Source: Octopus bimaculoides (Eukaryota). From it: a DNA stretch of 34,078 bases. Positions 22,488-33,594 of this stretch are shown here, in pieces (positions within the stretch are counted from its first letter, which is position 1; every line of letters begins with the position of its first letter). The notes under the pieces were generated by a model. The model saw nothing but the letters and a program-made list of their open reading frames with translations. It searched no databases and was not told where the DNA came from. The stretch is from contig NC_068984.1 of the NCBI RefSeq assembly GCF_001194135.2, positions 92,349,130 through 92,383,207 on the forward strand, in the 5' to 3' direction. The position numbers were made by a program, and so were the translations under genes.

Positions 22488-23043
22488 AGAGACATTACAG
22501 TCCCTTCCGATCAAAATATTGTCAAAAAAGTAGAGAAATTGTCAATGTACAAAGACCTCGAAACTGAAATATTCAAAATGCGGAGCAGAAAGGTAAAAAC
22601 AATACCATAACTGGAGCATTGGACATGATAAAAGATCATATGAACAAAAGAAGCTATACTTGGATCCTCAACACTACACACTGTTCAAAAAATAGCCCTG
22701 CTAGGAACAGCCCACAACATATGCAAGACACTATCAATCCAATAATACAACCTAAACAAAACAACCTACAAATACAAGACACTCTCTACACACCATTTAC
22801 CCAGTGAAATGAACTCCCACCAGCAAGCTACTAAACCAAAGCATTACACACTCAACACACCAAAGCAGTAACACAACAAAGGACAGCACCACACCTCAAG
22901 GAAAAAAAAAAAAAATACAATACCAGGAAGAGTTCACAGAAAAGAACACACAATGCTGAACACACCCCAGCAACACGGAGGTGTAGCAGGTGACGCAGTA
23001 GAAATCTGCCTCAATTTATCAAATATTGAATTGTTATATAATG

Positions 23044-23050
<7 letters not shown>
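22488..23050 (+). mobile_element. R4/Dong LINE 3' fragment (RLE C-terminus plus 3' UTR) between (CAA)n and (AAT)n
   Basis: DITVPSDQNIVKKVEKLSMYKDLETEIFKM and VQKIALLGTAH, then an A/C-rich UTR and (AAT)n tail. Confidence 0.85.
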
Positions 23051-23093
<43 letters not shown>

Positions 23094-23592
23094 NNNNNNN
23101 NNNNNNNNNNNNNNNNNNNNNNNNNNNNNNNNNNNNNNNNNNNNNNNNNNNNNNNNNNNNNNNNNNNNNNNNNNNNNNNNNNNNNNNNNNNNNNNNNNNN
23201 NNNNNNNNNNNNNNNNNNNNNNNNNNNNNNNNNNNNNNNNNNNNNNNNNNNNNNNNNNNNNNNNNNNNNNNNNNNNNNNNNNNNNNNNNNNNNNNNNNNN
23301 NNNNNNNNNNNNNNNNNNNNNNNNNNNNNNNNNNNNNNNNNNNNNNNNNNNNNNNNNNNNNNNNNNNNNNNNNNNNNNNNNNNNNNNNNNNNNNNNNNNN
23401 NNNNNNNNNNNNNNNNNNNNNNNNNNNNNNNNNNNNNNNNNNNNNNNNNNNNNNNNNNNNNNNNNNNNNNNNNNNNNNNNNNNNNNNNNNNNNNNNNNNN
23501 NNNNNNNNNNNNNNNNNNNNNNNNNNNNNNNNNNNNNNNNNNNNNNNNNNNNNNNNNNNNNNNNNNNNNNNNNNNNNNNNNNNNNNNNNNNN

Positions 23593-23826
23593 CTTCAGGG
23601 ACCTTTTGAGCGGGATGGGCTACTCGACCTGAAGAAAATTCTAACTGGGCCCCACCTGCGAGGTCATGTGCTGTTTATCTTGATATAAGATCCCCATGTC
23701 GCGCACATATGGTTGTGATGCATGTGCCTGGTGTACCCTTATCAGACGGGTAGTCATGATGGGTATACTGGGCTTCGTATATTTTACCCCAGTGTCACTT
23801 TGATGGCATGCACTGCTCTCTCACTC
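23593..23826 (+). repeat. Unclassified repeat family X, right-hand part (left part lost in gap)
   Basis: GAGCGGGATGGGCTACTCGACCTGAAGAAAATT through GCATGCACTGCTCTCTCACTC, then (AAT)n; near-identical to about 24660-24884. Confidence 0.9.
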
Positions 23827-23832
23827 AATAAC

Positions 23833-24245
<413 letters not shown>

Positions 24246-24259
24246 TAATAATAATGATG

Positions 24260-24326
<67 letters not shown>

Positions 24327-24327
<1 letters not shown>

Positions 24328-24884
24328 TGTCCTAATGCAGTACCAGGCAGTGGCTCTCATGGCTTCTAATCTTCATTGATTGGAATTGTTATCATGTACA
24401 TTGTTTTGTCTTGGTATAAAAGATGGGCTACAGTAAATATTCTGCTCAATACCACAGATTTGCTTGTCAGTTGTTTGACCTTAACCAGTTGAGCATGTCC
24501 CTTAGTGGCTGACGATACGTGCATCTCTGATTATGAGCAGAAGTAGTGGGGGAGCATCATAGCCATGTGTTGAGAGGAATTTTGGTGGGTTTGGATAATT
24601 CACCTTTGGAAACATGGGTGTTTTGCTCAACATCTTTAAACAAACCTTAGTCACAGACTTTTTGAGCGGGATGGGCTACTCGACCTGAAGAAAATTCCAA
24701 CTGGGCCCCACCTGCGAGGTCATGCGCTGTTTATCTTGATATATGAGATCACCCTGTCGCGCACACATGGTTGTAATGCATGTGCCTGGTGTACCTTTGT
24801 CAGACGGGTAGTCATGATGGGTATAATAGGCTTCGTATATTTTACCCCAGTGTCACTTTGATGGCATGCACTGCTCTCTCATTC
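24327..24884 (+). repeat. Repeat family X, full copy (~560 bp) flanked by (AAT)n on both sides
   Basis: From ATGCAGTACCAGGCAGTGGCTCTCATGG to CTGCTCTCTCATTC; homologous to four other copies in the window. Confidence 0.9.
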
Positions 24885-24953
<69 letters not shown>

Positions 24954-24957
<4 letters not shown>

Positions 24958-25442
24958 GCCCTTATGCAGTACCAGTGCCTTGATGCAGTACCGGGCACTG
25001 ACTCTCGTGGCTTCTGATCTTAACTGATCTTAACATGCTCTGTTTTAGTATAAAAGATGGTCTACAGCAAATATTCTGTTCAATACCACAGATTTGCTTG
25101 CCAGTTGTTTGACCTTTACCAGTTGAGCATGTCCTTTGGTGGCTGACAATATGTGCATCTCTGATCACGAGCAGAAGTAGTTGGGGAGCATCATATCCAT
25201 GTGTTGAGAGCAATTCTTTGGAGTTTGAATAATTCACCTTTGGAAGCATGGGTGTTTTGTTTAACATCCTTAAACAACTCTTATTAAAATTCTAACTGAG
25301 CCCCACCTGCAAGGTCATGCGCTGTTTATCTTGATATGAGATCACCATGTCGCACATATGCGGTTGTGAAACATGTGCCTGGTGTACCCTTATCAGACGG
25401 GTAGTCATGATAGGTATACTAGGCTCGTATATTTTACCCCAG
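24954..25442 (+). repeat. Repeat family X copy with internal deletions
   Basis: From AAATGCCCTTATGCAGTACCAG to CGTATATTTTACCCCAG. Confidence 0.88.
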
Positions 25443-25454
25443 AAAAAAAATAAA

Positions 25455-25686
25455 GATAATAATAATAGTAATCTGTTGTACTATAGGCGCAAGGCCTGAA
25501 ATTTGGGGAGTGGGGACTATTTGATTGCATCTACCCCGGTGTTTCACTGGTACTTAATTTATTGACCCCGAAAGGTTGAAAGGCAAAGTTTCCCACGGCG
25601 GAACTTGAATTCAGAACGTAGCGGCGGGCGAAATAACGCTAAGCATTTCATCCAACGTGCTAAAGATTCTGCCACCTCGCCACCTT
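25455..25686 (-). mobile_element. SINE family A
   Basis: AGGCGCAAGGCCTGAAATTT, ATTGACCCCGAAAGGTTGAAAGGCAAAG and CTGCCACCTCGCCACCTT. Confidence 0.85.
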
Positions 25687-25699
25687 ATCATCATTAATA

Positions 25700-26545
25700 A
25701 AAATAAAGCTTATAATGCACAGTAAGATACCATGTGGAACACATAACGACAGGCTGCTGTCCGTTCTCACAGAATCTACCAAAACAAACAAGACCGAATG
25801 TTCTGAGAAGTAAAACAAAATGATAATAGCCGTTCAAACTGATGGAAAGATAGATTCGAAAAAGCCAGACACTATATTGAAAGGCTTCAGACAAAAATCA
25901 TGCCTTCTCATTGATATGACTGTCCCAATCGACATAATTATCTGTCAAGACCTACCAAAAACTGAGTAGGTATAAAGATCTTGAAACAGAAATTGGCATA
26001 ATGTGGAACCTCAAGGCTAAAACAATACATGTTGTCATAGGATCCATTGGAATGATAGCAAAAGGGACTGTTTCCTACCTAGCTCAGATACCTGGAAACC
26101 CCAAAACGGCAGAAATTCAAAAGAAGATAGTGTTCATGGGAACTGCCCATATCCTACTTAAAATACTGTCTATTGAGTGAGAGAGCATCATATGCCACTA
26201 AAGTGAGGCTGAGGTAGAAATATACGAAGCCCAATATAACCATTATGATGACCCGTCTGATAAGGGTACACCAGGCACATGCGCGACTTGGTGACCTAAT
26301 ATCAAGATAAGCAGTGCATCGCCTTGCAGGTGGAGCCAATTAGAATTTTCTTGAGATCGAGTAGCCCAAATTTTAAAACAAACTTATAATTTTCTTATGT
26401 TTTCTTAAACATTCTCTAGAAAAATACTATGGACAAAACCAAATATATAACACCCTAGGCATAATACCAACTTGAAGTTCTAACTTGTTGTCTCTTGAGG
26501 TCTCTGGTTGAAACGTACAAATACAAAGCAAAAGTCAAATATATA
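25700..26545 (+). mobile_element. R4/Dong 3' fragment interrupted by an antisense family X fragment
   Basis: CLLIDMTVPID, QKLSRYKDLETEIGIMWNLK and VFMGTAHILLKILS; the UTR resumes at about 26368. Confidence 0.85.
26174..26367 (-). repeat. Repeat family X fragment, opposite orientation
   Basis: GAGTGAGAGAGC, GACCCGTCTGATAAGGGTACACCAGGCACATG and GAGTAGCCC are reverse complements of the family X right end. Confidence 0.85.
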
Positions 26546-26595
26546 ATAATGATGATGATGATGAGGAGGAGGAGGAGGAGAAGGAGGAGGAGGAT

Positions 26596-27140
26596 CACAT
26601 CTCACTCTTCTGGAACTTCACTATTCAAACTGACAAAAAGATAGATGGAAATAGGCCAGACACTATATTGAAAGACTTCAGACAAAAATCATGCTTTTTC
26701 ATTGATATGACTATCCCAATCGACATAAATGTATCTGTCAAGACCTACCAAAAACTGAGCAAGTATAAAAATCTTAAAATAGAAATTGGCAAAATGGTGG
26801 AACCTCAAGACTAAAACAATACCTGTTGTCATAGGTGCCCTAGGAATGTTAGTAAAAGGGGCTGATTCCTACCTAGCTCAGGTACCAGGAAACCCCCAAA
26901 ATGGCAGAAATTCAAAAGATAGTGCTCATGGGAACTGCCCATGTCCTACATAAAATACTGTCTATGTAATCTCAAATTTTAAAAGAAACTCATAATTTTC
27001 TTATGTTTTCGTAAGCATTGTCTAGAATATATGACAAACTAGGCATAACACCAACATGAACTTCTAACTTGTCTCTTGAGGTGTCTGGGTGAGACTTGGA
27101 GCCAACTTGTACAAATACAAAGCAAAAGTCAAACATATAA
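26596..27140 (+). mobile_element. R4/Dong 3' fragment (RLE plus UTR)
   Basis: ISLFWNFTIQTDKKIDGNRPDTILKD, FFIDMTIPID and IQKIVLMGTAHVLHKILSM*, then an (AAT)n/(GAT)n tail. Confidence 0.9.
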
Positions 27141-27142
27141 TA

Positions 27143-27205
<63 letters not shown>

Positions 27206-27223
27206 GTAATAATAATAATAATA

Positions 27224-27273
<50 letters not shown>
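27139..27273. repeat. (AAT)n/(GAT)n compound microsatellite
   Basis: Direct reading. Confidence 0.97.
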
Positions 27274-27808
27274 AAATGCACTGATGCAATACCAGACAAT
27301 GACTCTCATGGCTTTTTAACTGATTGGAAGTATTAACATATACGTTTTGTCCCGGTGTAAAAGATGGACTACAGCAAATATTCTGCTCAATACCACAGAC
27401 TTGCTTGTCAATTGCTTGATCTTAAACAGTTTAACATGTATTTTAGTTATTGATGATATCTGGATATCTGCATCTCTGGTCATGAACAGTAGTGGAGGAG
27501 CATCACGGCCATGTTGAGATGGATTCTTTGAAAACTGAGTAATTTGCCCCTAGAAATATGGATGTATCGTTCGTCATCCTTAAACAAGCCTTATTCAGCA
27601 ACTTTTGAGAGAGATGGGCTACTCGATCTCAAGGAAATTCTAACTGGCCCCACCTGCAAGGCAATGCACTGTTTATCTTGATATGAGATCACCAAATTGC
27701 GCATGTGCCTGGTGTACACTTATCAGACGGGTCGTCATAATGGTTACATTGGGCTTCGTATAGTTCTACCCCAGCCTCACTTTAGTGGCATATGATGCTC
27801 TCTCATTC
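27274..27808 (+). repeat. Repeat family X, older diverged copy
   Basis: From AAATGCACTGATGCAATACCAG to GCTCTCTCATTC; visibly more substituted than 24327-24884. Confidence 0.85.
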
Positions 27809-27882
27809 AATAATAATAATAAAAATAACAATAATAATAGTCAAGACGAAGATCGTGATTCGATTGTAAGATATTTTATTAG

Positions 27883-27925
27883 TTGAACGATATTTCAACA
27901 GTACGTCTGTCTTTGTCAAGTCCAA
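27883..27925 (-). ncRNA. Minimal type I hammerhead, U3-A8 variant (left arm)
   Basis: Exact reverse complement of 28021-28063. Confidence 0.75.
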
Positions 27926-28020
27926 AATAAGAAGTGATAAAAATTCAAAATTACAGAAATTTAAATGTTCACACTTCACGTTTAAATTTCTGTAATTTTG
28001 AATTTTTATCACTTCTTATT

Positions 28021-28063
28021 TTGGACTTGACAAAGACAGACGTACTGTTGAAATATCGTTCAA
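28021..28063 (+). ncRNA. Minimal type I hammerhead, U3-A8 variant (right arm)
   Basis: Stem I TTGGAC/GTTCAA. Core TTGACAA 28027-28033, then an extra A. Stem II GACAG-ACGTA-CTGTT. GAAA 28050-28053. Palindromic zero-loop stem III ATAT and AUC triplet at 28055-28057. Confidence 0.75.
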
Positions 28064-28122
28064 CTAATAAAATATCTTACAATCGAATCGCGCTCTTCGT
28101 CTTGACTAATAATAATAATAAT

Positions 28123-28160
<38 letters not shown>

Positions 28161-28614
28161 NNNNNNNNNNNNNNNNNNNNNNNNNNNNNNNNNNNNNNNN
28201 NNNNNNNNNNNNNNNNNNNNNNNNNNNNNNNNNNNNNNNNNNNNNNNNNNNNNNNNNNNNNNNNNNNNNNNNNNNNNNNNNNNNNNNNNNNNNNNNNNNN
28301 NNNNNNNNNNNNNNNNNNNNNNNNNNNNNNNNNNNNNNNNNNNNNNNNNNNNNNNNNNNNNNNNNNNNNNNNNNNNNNNNNNNNNNNNNNNNNNNNNNNN
28401 NNNNNNNNNNNNNNNNNNNNNNNNNNNNNNNNNNNNNNNNNNNNNNNNNNNNNNNNNNNNNNNNNNNNNNNNNNNNNNNNNNNNNNNNNNNNNNNNNNNN
28501 NNNNNNNNNNNNNNNNNNNNNNNNNNNNNNNNNNNNNNNNNNNNNNNNNNNNNNNNNNNNNNNNNNNNNNNNNNNNNNNNNNNNNNNNNNNNNNNNNNNN
28601 NNNNNNNNNNNNNN

Positions 28615-28716
28615 GCGTGTGTGCGTGTGCGTGTGTGTGTGTGCGCGTGTGTGTGTGCGTGTGTGTGTGCGAGTGCGTGTGCGTGTGTGTGTGCGTGTGC
28701 GTGCGTGTGTGTGTGT
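28615..28716. repeat. (GT)/(GC)-mixed dinucleotide microsatellite at gap edge
   Basis: Direct reading. Confidence 0.97.
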
Positions 28717-29560
28717 AGTTGAATACTACACTTACAGGGATCGGAGAGAAAAGGTGAAAAATGAATGGACAGTATGATGACATTATAAAGGAGGGATATT
28801 CATTCATATGGAGAAATAAAAAAAATAATAATATGGATATAGATAAACACAAATATATAAAAGCATCTAAATAAATCCAAATTATTTTTTTCAGCCAAAA
28901 TTATATTTCGGATTTATGAGGCAGTAGTACCTCGACATGTAATTTCAAGAATAGAAAAAGTCCAATACAGTGGGACCAAACTAGAGATGTTAGACACAGA
29001 ACAGTCAGTGTTAGTGCGAAAGAAGCATAGATATCATTAACATGATTAGTGGAGACACCCATAATACACGGAGACGTCGAAAATTTTCGAATATATAATG
29101 TATCCCTCTATAATAATTTATAATTTCAACTCTATTTGATGCCACGAAATTAGGAGTAACTGAATATGTGAGCTTAATGGTATTTTTTAACAAATATTCT
29201 ATGGTACCTATTATTAGGAGGGAAATTTCTTTCCATTAATTTAAAGAAGTAATTTCGGTATTAAAGTTTTCATATTGGCGAAGGGAGAATTATACCAGGA
29301 AAATTTTACGTTTCCTCCATTTTTCCTACAATTGATAGTTATATATTTCCCAGAAGTATGTGCCCTAGCGGAAATGTCAATTTCACAGGAATAAACATAA
29401 CTAACAATTGAACCGTTACTATACTTGTTATCTCCTCGCATTCTATCTCGATTATTTAAGTTGTTTTTTCTATGACACTGGCACAATCTACTGTCCAAGA
29501 ATTGGTTGAAAATATTGTAAGTTAGTCGATCAGAAGTATTTGAGTTAGCCATCCCATTAT
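28715..29560 (-). mobile_element. Decayed Penelope-like element body and 3' end
   Basis: KNGGNVKFSWYNSPFANMKTLIPKLLL resembles the PLE linker motif (WFNPP.S.NVKT). A decayed endonuclease region and an AT-rich UTR follow. Confidence 0.65.
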
Positions 29561-29969
29561 CTATCTGATCCTTAGTATTCCTAAAAGATCTCGTATTGAA
29601 CGATAGAAAATCATCTTTGTAGAGCTACTACGTTTAAGAGCTGCATTATAACATCCAGCATGATTTCTAAATATCTTATCATTAGCAGAAAGGTTTGAGA
29701 TGCCTATGGAAATATTCTTAACAAAGCTATTTCTAACTGAATTTGGATTTGGATTTGAATGGTTTGATAATCTATGAAATGGTATGAGTTTTCATTTGGC
29801 TTGTGGTATGGGGCATCAAGTGTTTAACGTTAGATACAGAACATTTACAGAATTTATTCCTTTTTCAAAAGTGATGGATAAATTGAAATTACGGGAAGAA
29901 GGTATGTAATTGTTTCCCTAACCTTTCTAAGCAAGAAGGTGAATTACTGTAAACACTTATGAGAGCATC

Positions 29970-30345
29970 TGGTCCCACTTTAATGAACACCTTTCAACTG
30001 TATTGGACTGTTTTTCATAGCTATTCCTAGACTTACATGTCAAGGCACTGCCTCGTGAATCCGAACTATAACTTTGGTTGAAAAAATATATGCTATAATT
30101 TGGGCCTCTTCACGTTCTATTTTACTACTTTCTACTAGCTTTTATTTGTTTCTATGTTTTTATCTGTTTTATTTATTTGTACTTATTTACATGATTATTA
30201 TTTGATTATTATTTCTGTCTATTATTGCTCCTTCTTAATGAGTATCCTTTCTTTATAGTATGCTTGGGATAATGACTTCATGCTATCCCTTCATTTTTTT
30301 TCTCCTTTTCTCTCTGTTCCCTGTATGTGTTTAATTCCACTACAT
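29970..30345 (+). mobile_element. Inverted pLTR copy of the 28715-28980 Penelope 3' end
   Basis: ACTGTATTGGACT, TTACATGTC, ACTGCCTC, AATCCGAA and CCTTTTCTCTC..TCCCTGTA.GTGT align with the reverse complement of 28715-28980, with substantial divergence. Confidence 0.75.
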
Positions 30346-30621
30346 ACACATATATGCTTGTATGAGTGGTTGGGTATATACTACACTACGTTTAGTTGTC
30401 TAGAATTATGACATATTATTACTGTTACTCTTATTATTTGTCTCATGTAATCAACAAGCACATGTGTCCAATCCTAGGCATAATCAAACTCAACAAAATT
30501 CATACTTGAACTCAAATTACATTTACGTATCCATTGCAAATAGATGCAGTTTTTTTAAATGTTTTTCTTCCTTCATACACTCATACGTCGAAATCGAGGG
30601 GAGAGACCATCATTTTTATTA

Positions 30622-30688
<67 letters not shown>

Positions 30689-30699
30689 CACTGTTGTTG

Positions 30700-32306
30700 C
30701 TGTTGTTGTTGTCTTTGCATAGTTTCTATCGCTGGAGATGTACTGCGGGGCCAGCTGTTCACTACCAGCGAACTAAGGTAACAGCCCTTATTTTTCGAGA
30801 ACCATCCGGAGTATTCGAGCGGTTCTAAGCAGTGCTGTTTTCTGCAAGTTCTCCACCCTTATTGCAGCCCCTATTTGTTCCATATTTTTACCCAAGGCTC
30901 AAAAAATTATTGGTATTACTACCACCTTTTTCATCGACCACAACTGCTTAACTTCCCAAGCTAACCTGTCATATCTGTCGACTTTTCTTTCTTCCTTATC
31001 ACATACCTTCTTGTGAGCATCGTTTGCTTTCTCAGTTAATACTATGTATGGCTTCCTATTCTTTATCTCATGGTTACACTGAATCATAAAATCCCACAGT
31101 ATCTTTGCATCATCATTTTCGATGATGCCTTCGGGTTTATATTCGTACCACTTCTTTGCCCTGTCAAGTCCATACTTTTTGCAAAGTGTCCAATGGACAA
31201 TCGTTGTCATGACGTCTCTTATATTCCTTCTGGGCTAGTGGCGTACATTGACTGGTAATATGCCATACGGTTTCACCATTTTGTCCACACATTCTGCACT
31301 TATTACTTTCTAATGTGTTGTCTATTTTGTATTTTATGTAATTCGTTCTTAGTGCTTGCTCTGGGGCAGCACAGATTAGAGCTTCCGTTTCCGGTTTTAA
31401 ATCACTTTTAGTCGTCCATAGCCATCATTTTTCTCTGTCTGTCTTATCTTCAACATCCCTATACAACTGTCTATGCATTCTTTTCTTTATCCACCTATTT
31501 TCAGTTTCATTCATTCTCAAGTCATTGTACAGTGTTTTCTCTTTGCAATCTTCCATCCTACACAAGCCTGACCTTCTTACTTCTAATAATAGCGGTTCTG
31601 TGGCATTTTTTACATACCATGCTATGTTGTTTTATTCTGCTCTAACACTGTGTTCGCATCCAATCAGTCCTCTTCCCCGTCTTTTTCTTAGTACATACAA
31701 TCTGTCTGTGTCGTTTTATTGGGTGGAGTGTCCCATATCTAGTCAGCAACTTTCTTGTCTTTCTGTCTAAGCTGTTTAGTTCGTATACTGTCCATGCGAT
31801 TACCACTGCTCCATATCTAAGTAATGAAACCGCCCAGGTGTTGATAACTTCAATCTTATTCCGCCCGTTTAATTTCGACTTAAGGATCAGTCTCAGTCTG
31901 CACAAGTACTTCACCTTAAATTTTTCTGTCATTTCTTTCTCCATCAATTTATCCATTTCCAATATCCCCAAGTACTTATAGCCTGTCTCTCTATCTGCTT
32001 CATAACCTCTCCGGTGGTATCGTTAGCCTATCCATACATTTGATTTTGCCTCCCTTCAAGACTAACACACCACACTTTTTCAGTCCAAACTCCATTCTGA
32101 CATCAGCACTGAAAGTATACACTGTATCAACGAGGAAACTGACTTGGGATTCATTTTTATCATAAAGTTTGAGGTCATCCATGAATAACAAGTGGTTGAC
32201 TTTTTGTTGGCTGCTTTTGAATACATACCTAGCCTTTGCTTTCCTCAGAATCAGTGGTAATGGTATCAAGCACAGTACAAGGATGAGTGGGGATAGGCAG
32301 TCCCTT
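30700..32306 (-). mobile_element. 5'-truncated R4/Dong LINE (RT C-half, CCHC, RLE, 3' UTR) between two (ATT)n tracts
   Basis: HLLFMDDLKLY, MEFGLKKCGVLVLKGG, KLNGRNKIEVINTWAVSLLRYGA, ILWDFMIQCNHEIKNRKPYIV and KVDRYDRLAWEVKQLWSMKKVVVIPII. Confidence 0.92.
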
Positions 32307-32437
<131 letters not shown>

Positions 32438-32457
32438 TTGTTGTAGCTGTTGTTGAT

Positions 32458-32640
32458 AAGAAGGTGACCTGGTAGAATCGTTACGCGTCAAACAAAGAAG
32501 CTTAATGGTATGTCTTCCAATGTGTTTTGAGCTCAAATCCTACCGAGGTCAACTTTGTTGTTTATCCTCTTAGGGCCGAGAAACGTGTCAATCATGTACT
32601 GAGGTCGATGTAATCAACTAGTTTCATTCCCTCAAAATGT
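32458..32640 (+). mobile_element. Old SINE family A copy
   Basis: AAGGTGACCTGGTAGAATCGTTA, GAGCTCAAATCCTACCGAGGTCAACTTTG and GAGGTCGATGTAATCAACT. Confidence 0.7.
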
Positions 32641-32761
32641 TAAATTTGAAAGAATTGTGATTATTATTATCATTAATTTAAGATTATGTTCAGTATTGAT
32701 ATGGCAAGATTATCATTAAGTGTATCAATATACTTCTATATTTAAGAGATGAAGAATTATG

Positions 32762-33059
32762 TACATTATTTACATTATTTACCACTACGCCCGTGGGCAT
32801 ATGGCGTGGTTAAGAGCGCGGGCTACTAACCCCAAAATTCCGAGTTCGATTCCAAGCAGTGACCTGTACAATAATAATAATAATAATAATAATAATGACA
32901 TCGAAAAATACCTTAGCAATGAGAACTCAGGTTCGAAATTTCTCCAAGACACCTGAAGAAGGCTGGAGGGTATATCAGCCGAAACGTTGTGTTAAGAACA
33001 AACTAGATGAGGACAAATATCCGTCGAATGTAAATGACGTAAATAATGTAAATAATGTA
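32762..33059 (+). mobile_element. tRNA-headed, hammerhead-containing non-autonomous element with 21-bp terminal inverted repeats
   Basis: A-box-like TGGCGTGGTTAAG (32802-32814), B box GAGTTCGATTCC (32842-32853), (AAT)n linker, hammerhead at 32948-32993 and (AAATAATGT)n tail. 32762-32782 is the exact reverse complement of 33039-33059. Confidence 0.8.
32948..32993 (+). ncRNA. Minimal type I hammerhead ribozyme motif
   Basis: Stem I GACAC/GTGTT. Core CTGAAGA 32953-32959, then an extra A. Stem II GGCTG/CAGCC. GAAA 32981-32984. Palindromic zero-loop stem III ACGT and GUU triplet at 32986-32988. Confidence 0.8.
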
Positions 33060-33594
33060 GAGTATCAATATGTTTTGCCTTTGCCTCTTACTTTTGTAAT
33101 TATTATTAAATTGCACACGCAATTTATTCTATAGTATATAAAATGGCATAAATGTTTATCTCTCATTCAAATATATGACCTGACAACTTAATAGCAGAAT
33201 ATTAGCCTAAGTACTTTCTTAAATTCAAACATGTTATGGTCCGGTGAGAAAAGCAGTTTCTTAATTTCATTAAGAATTCATCAGCAGGTGGATTATACAT
33301 CATAGCTTGTTTACGTATTGTCTTTGGCAGTATAATTCAATTTACTATTCTTTTTTTTTCTCTCTATGGTTTTTGTCACTCATTTATTACTAACCTTATC
33401 TTTAATCACTCAGCCCCTTCCTTGGATATTTGTTAAACTGTAGTCTCATCTTAATTCTTTTTCTCTTCCTCTCAATGTTTTTTCAATGGTTTTTATCTTC
33501 TATCTTTTTCAGTTAGTAGACTGCAAGCCGAACGAAACCGTTTCGTTCGACTGCAAGCCGTGTCGTTCGACTGCAGATCGAATGAAACGACCAC

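Larger units (their letters stand above)
27838..28108. mobile_element. Palindromic Penelope-derived element: 128-bp inverted arms (27838-27965 / 27981-28108) with a 15-nt spacer
   Basis: Arms match at 126 of 128 positions by eye and are homologous to the Penelope 3' UTR at about 20295-20430. (AAT)n lies in the same orientation on both sides. Confidence 0.92.

Noticed and set aside
24327-24400. HDV-like ribozyme at the left end of family X (CCA/TGG, GG, P4-like hairpin)
   Set aside because: No P1 5' strand, no pyrimidine L3 to pair with GG, and no catalytic-C J4/2 motif.
30232-30280. Possible decayed hammerhead CTTAATGAG-TATCC..GGATA in the inverted pLTR
   Set aside because: The core is altered and GAAA is absent, so it is too degenerate to call.
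33256-33288. Minus-strand CTGATGA..GAAAC with an AT-rich stem
   Set aside because: Four extra bases precede stem II, and neither stem I, stem III nor an NUH triplet can be formed.
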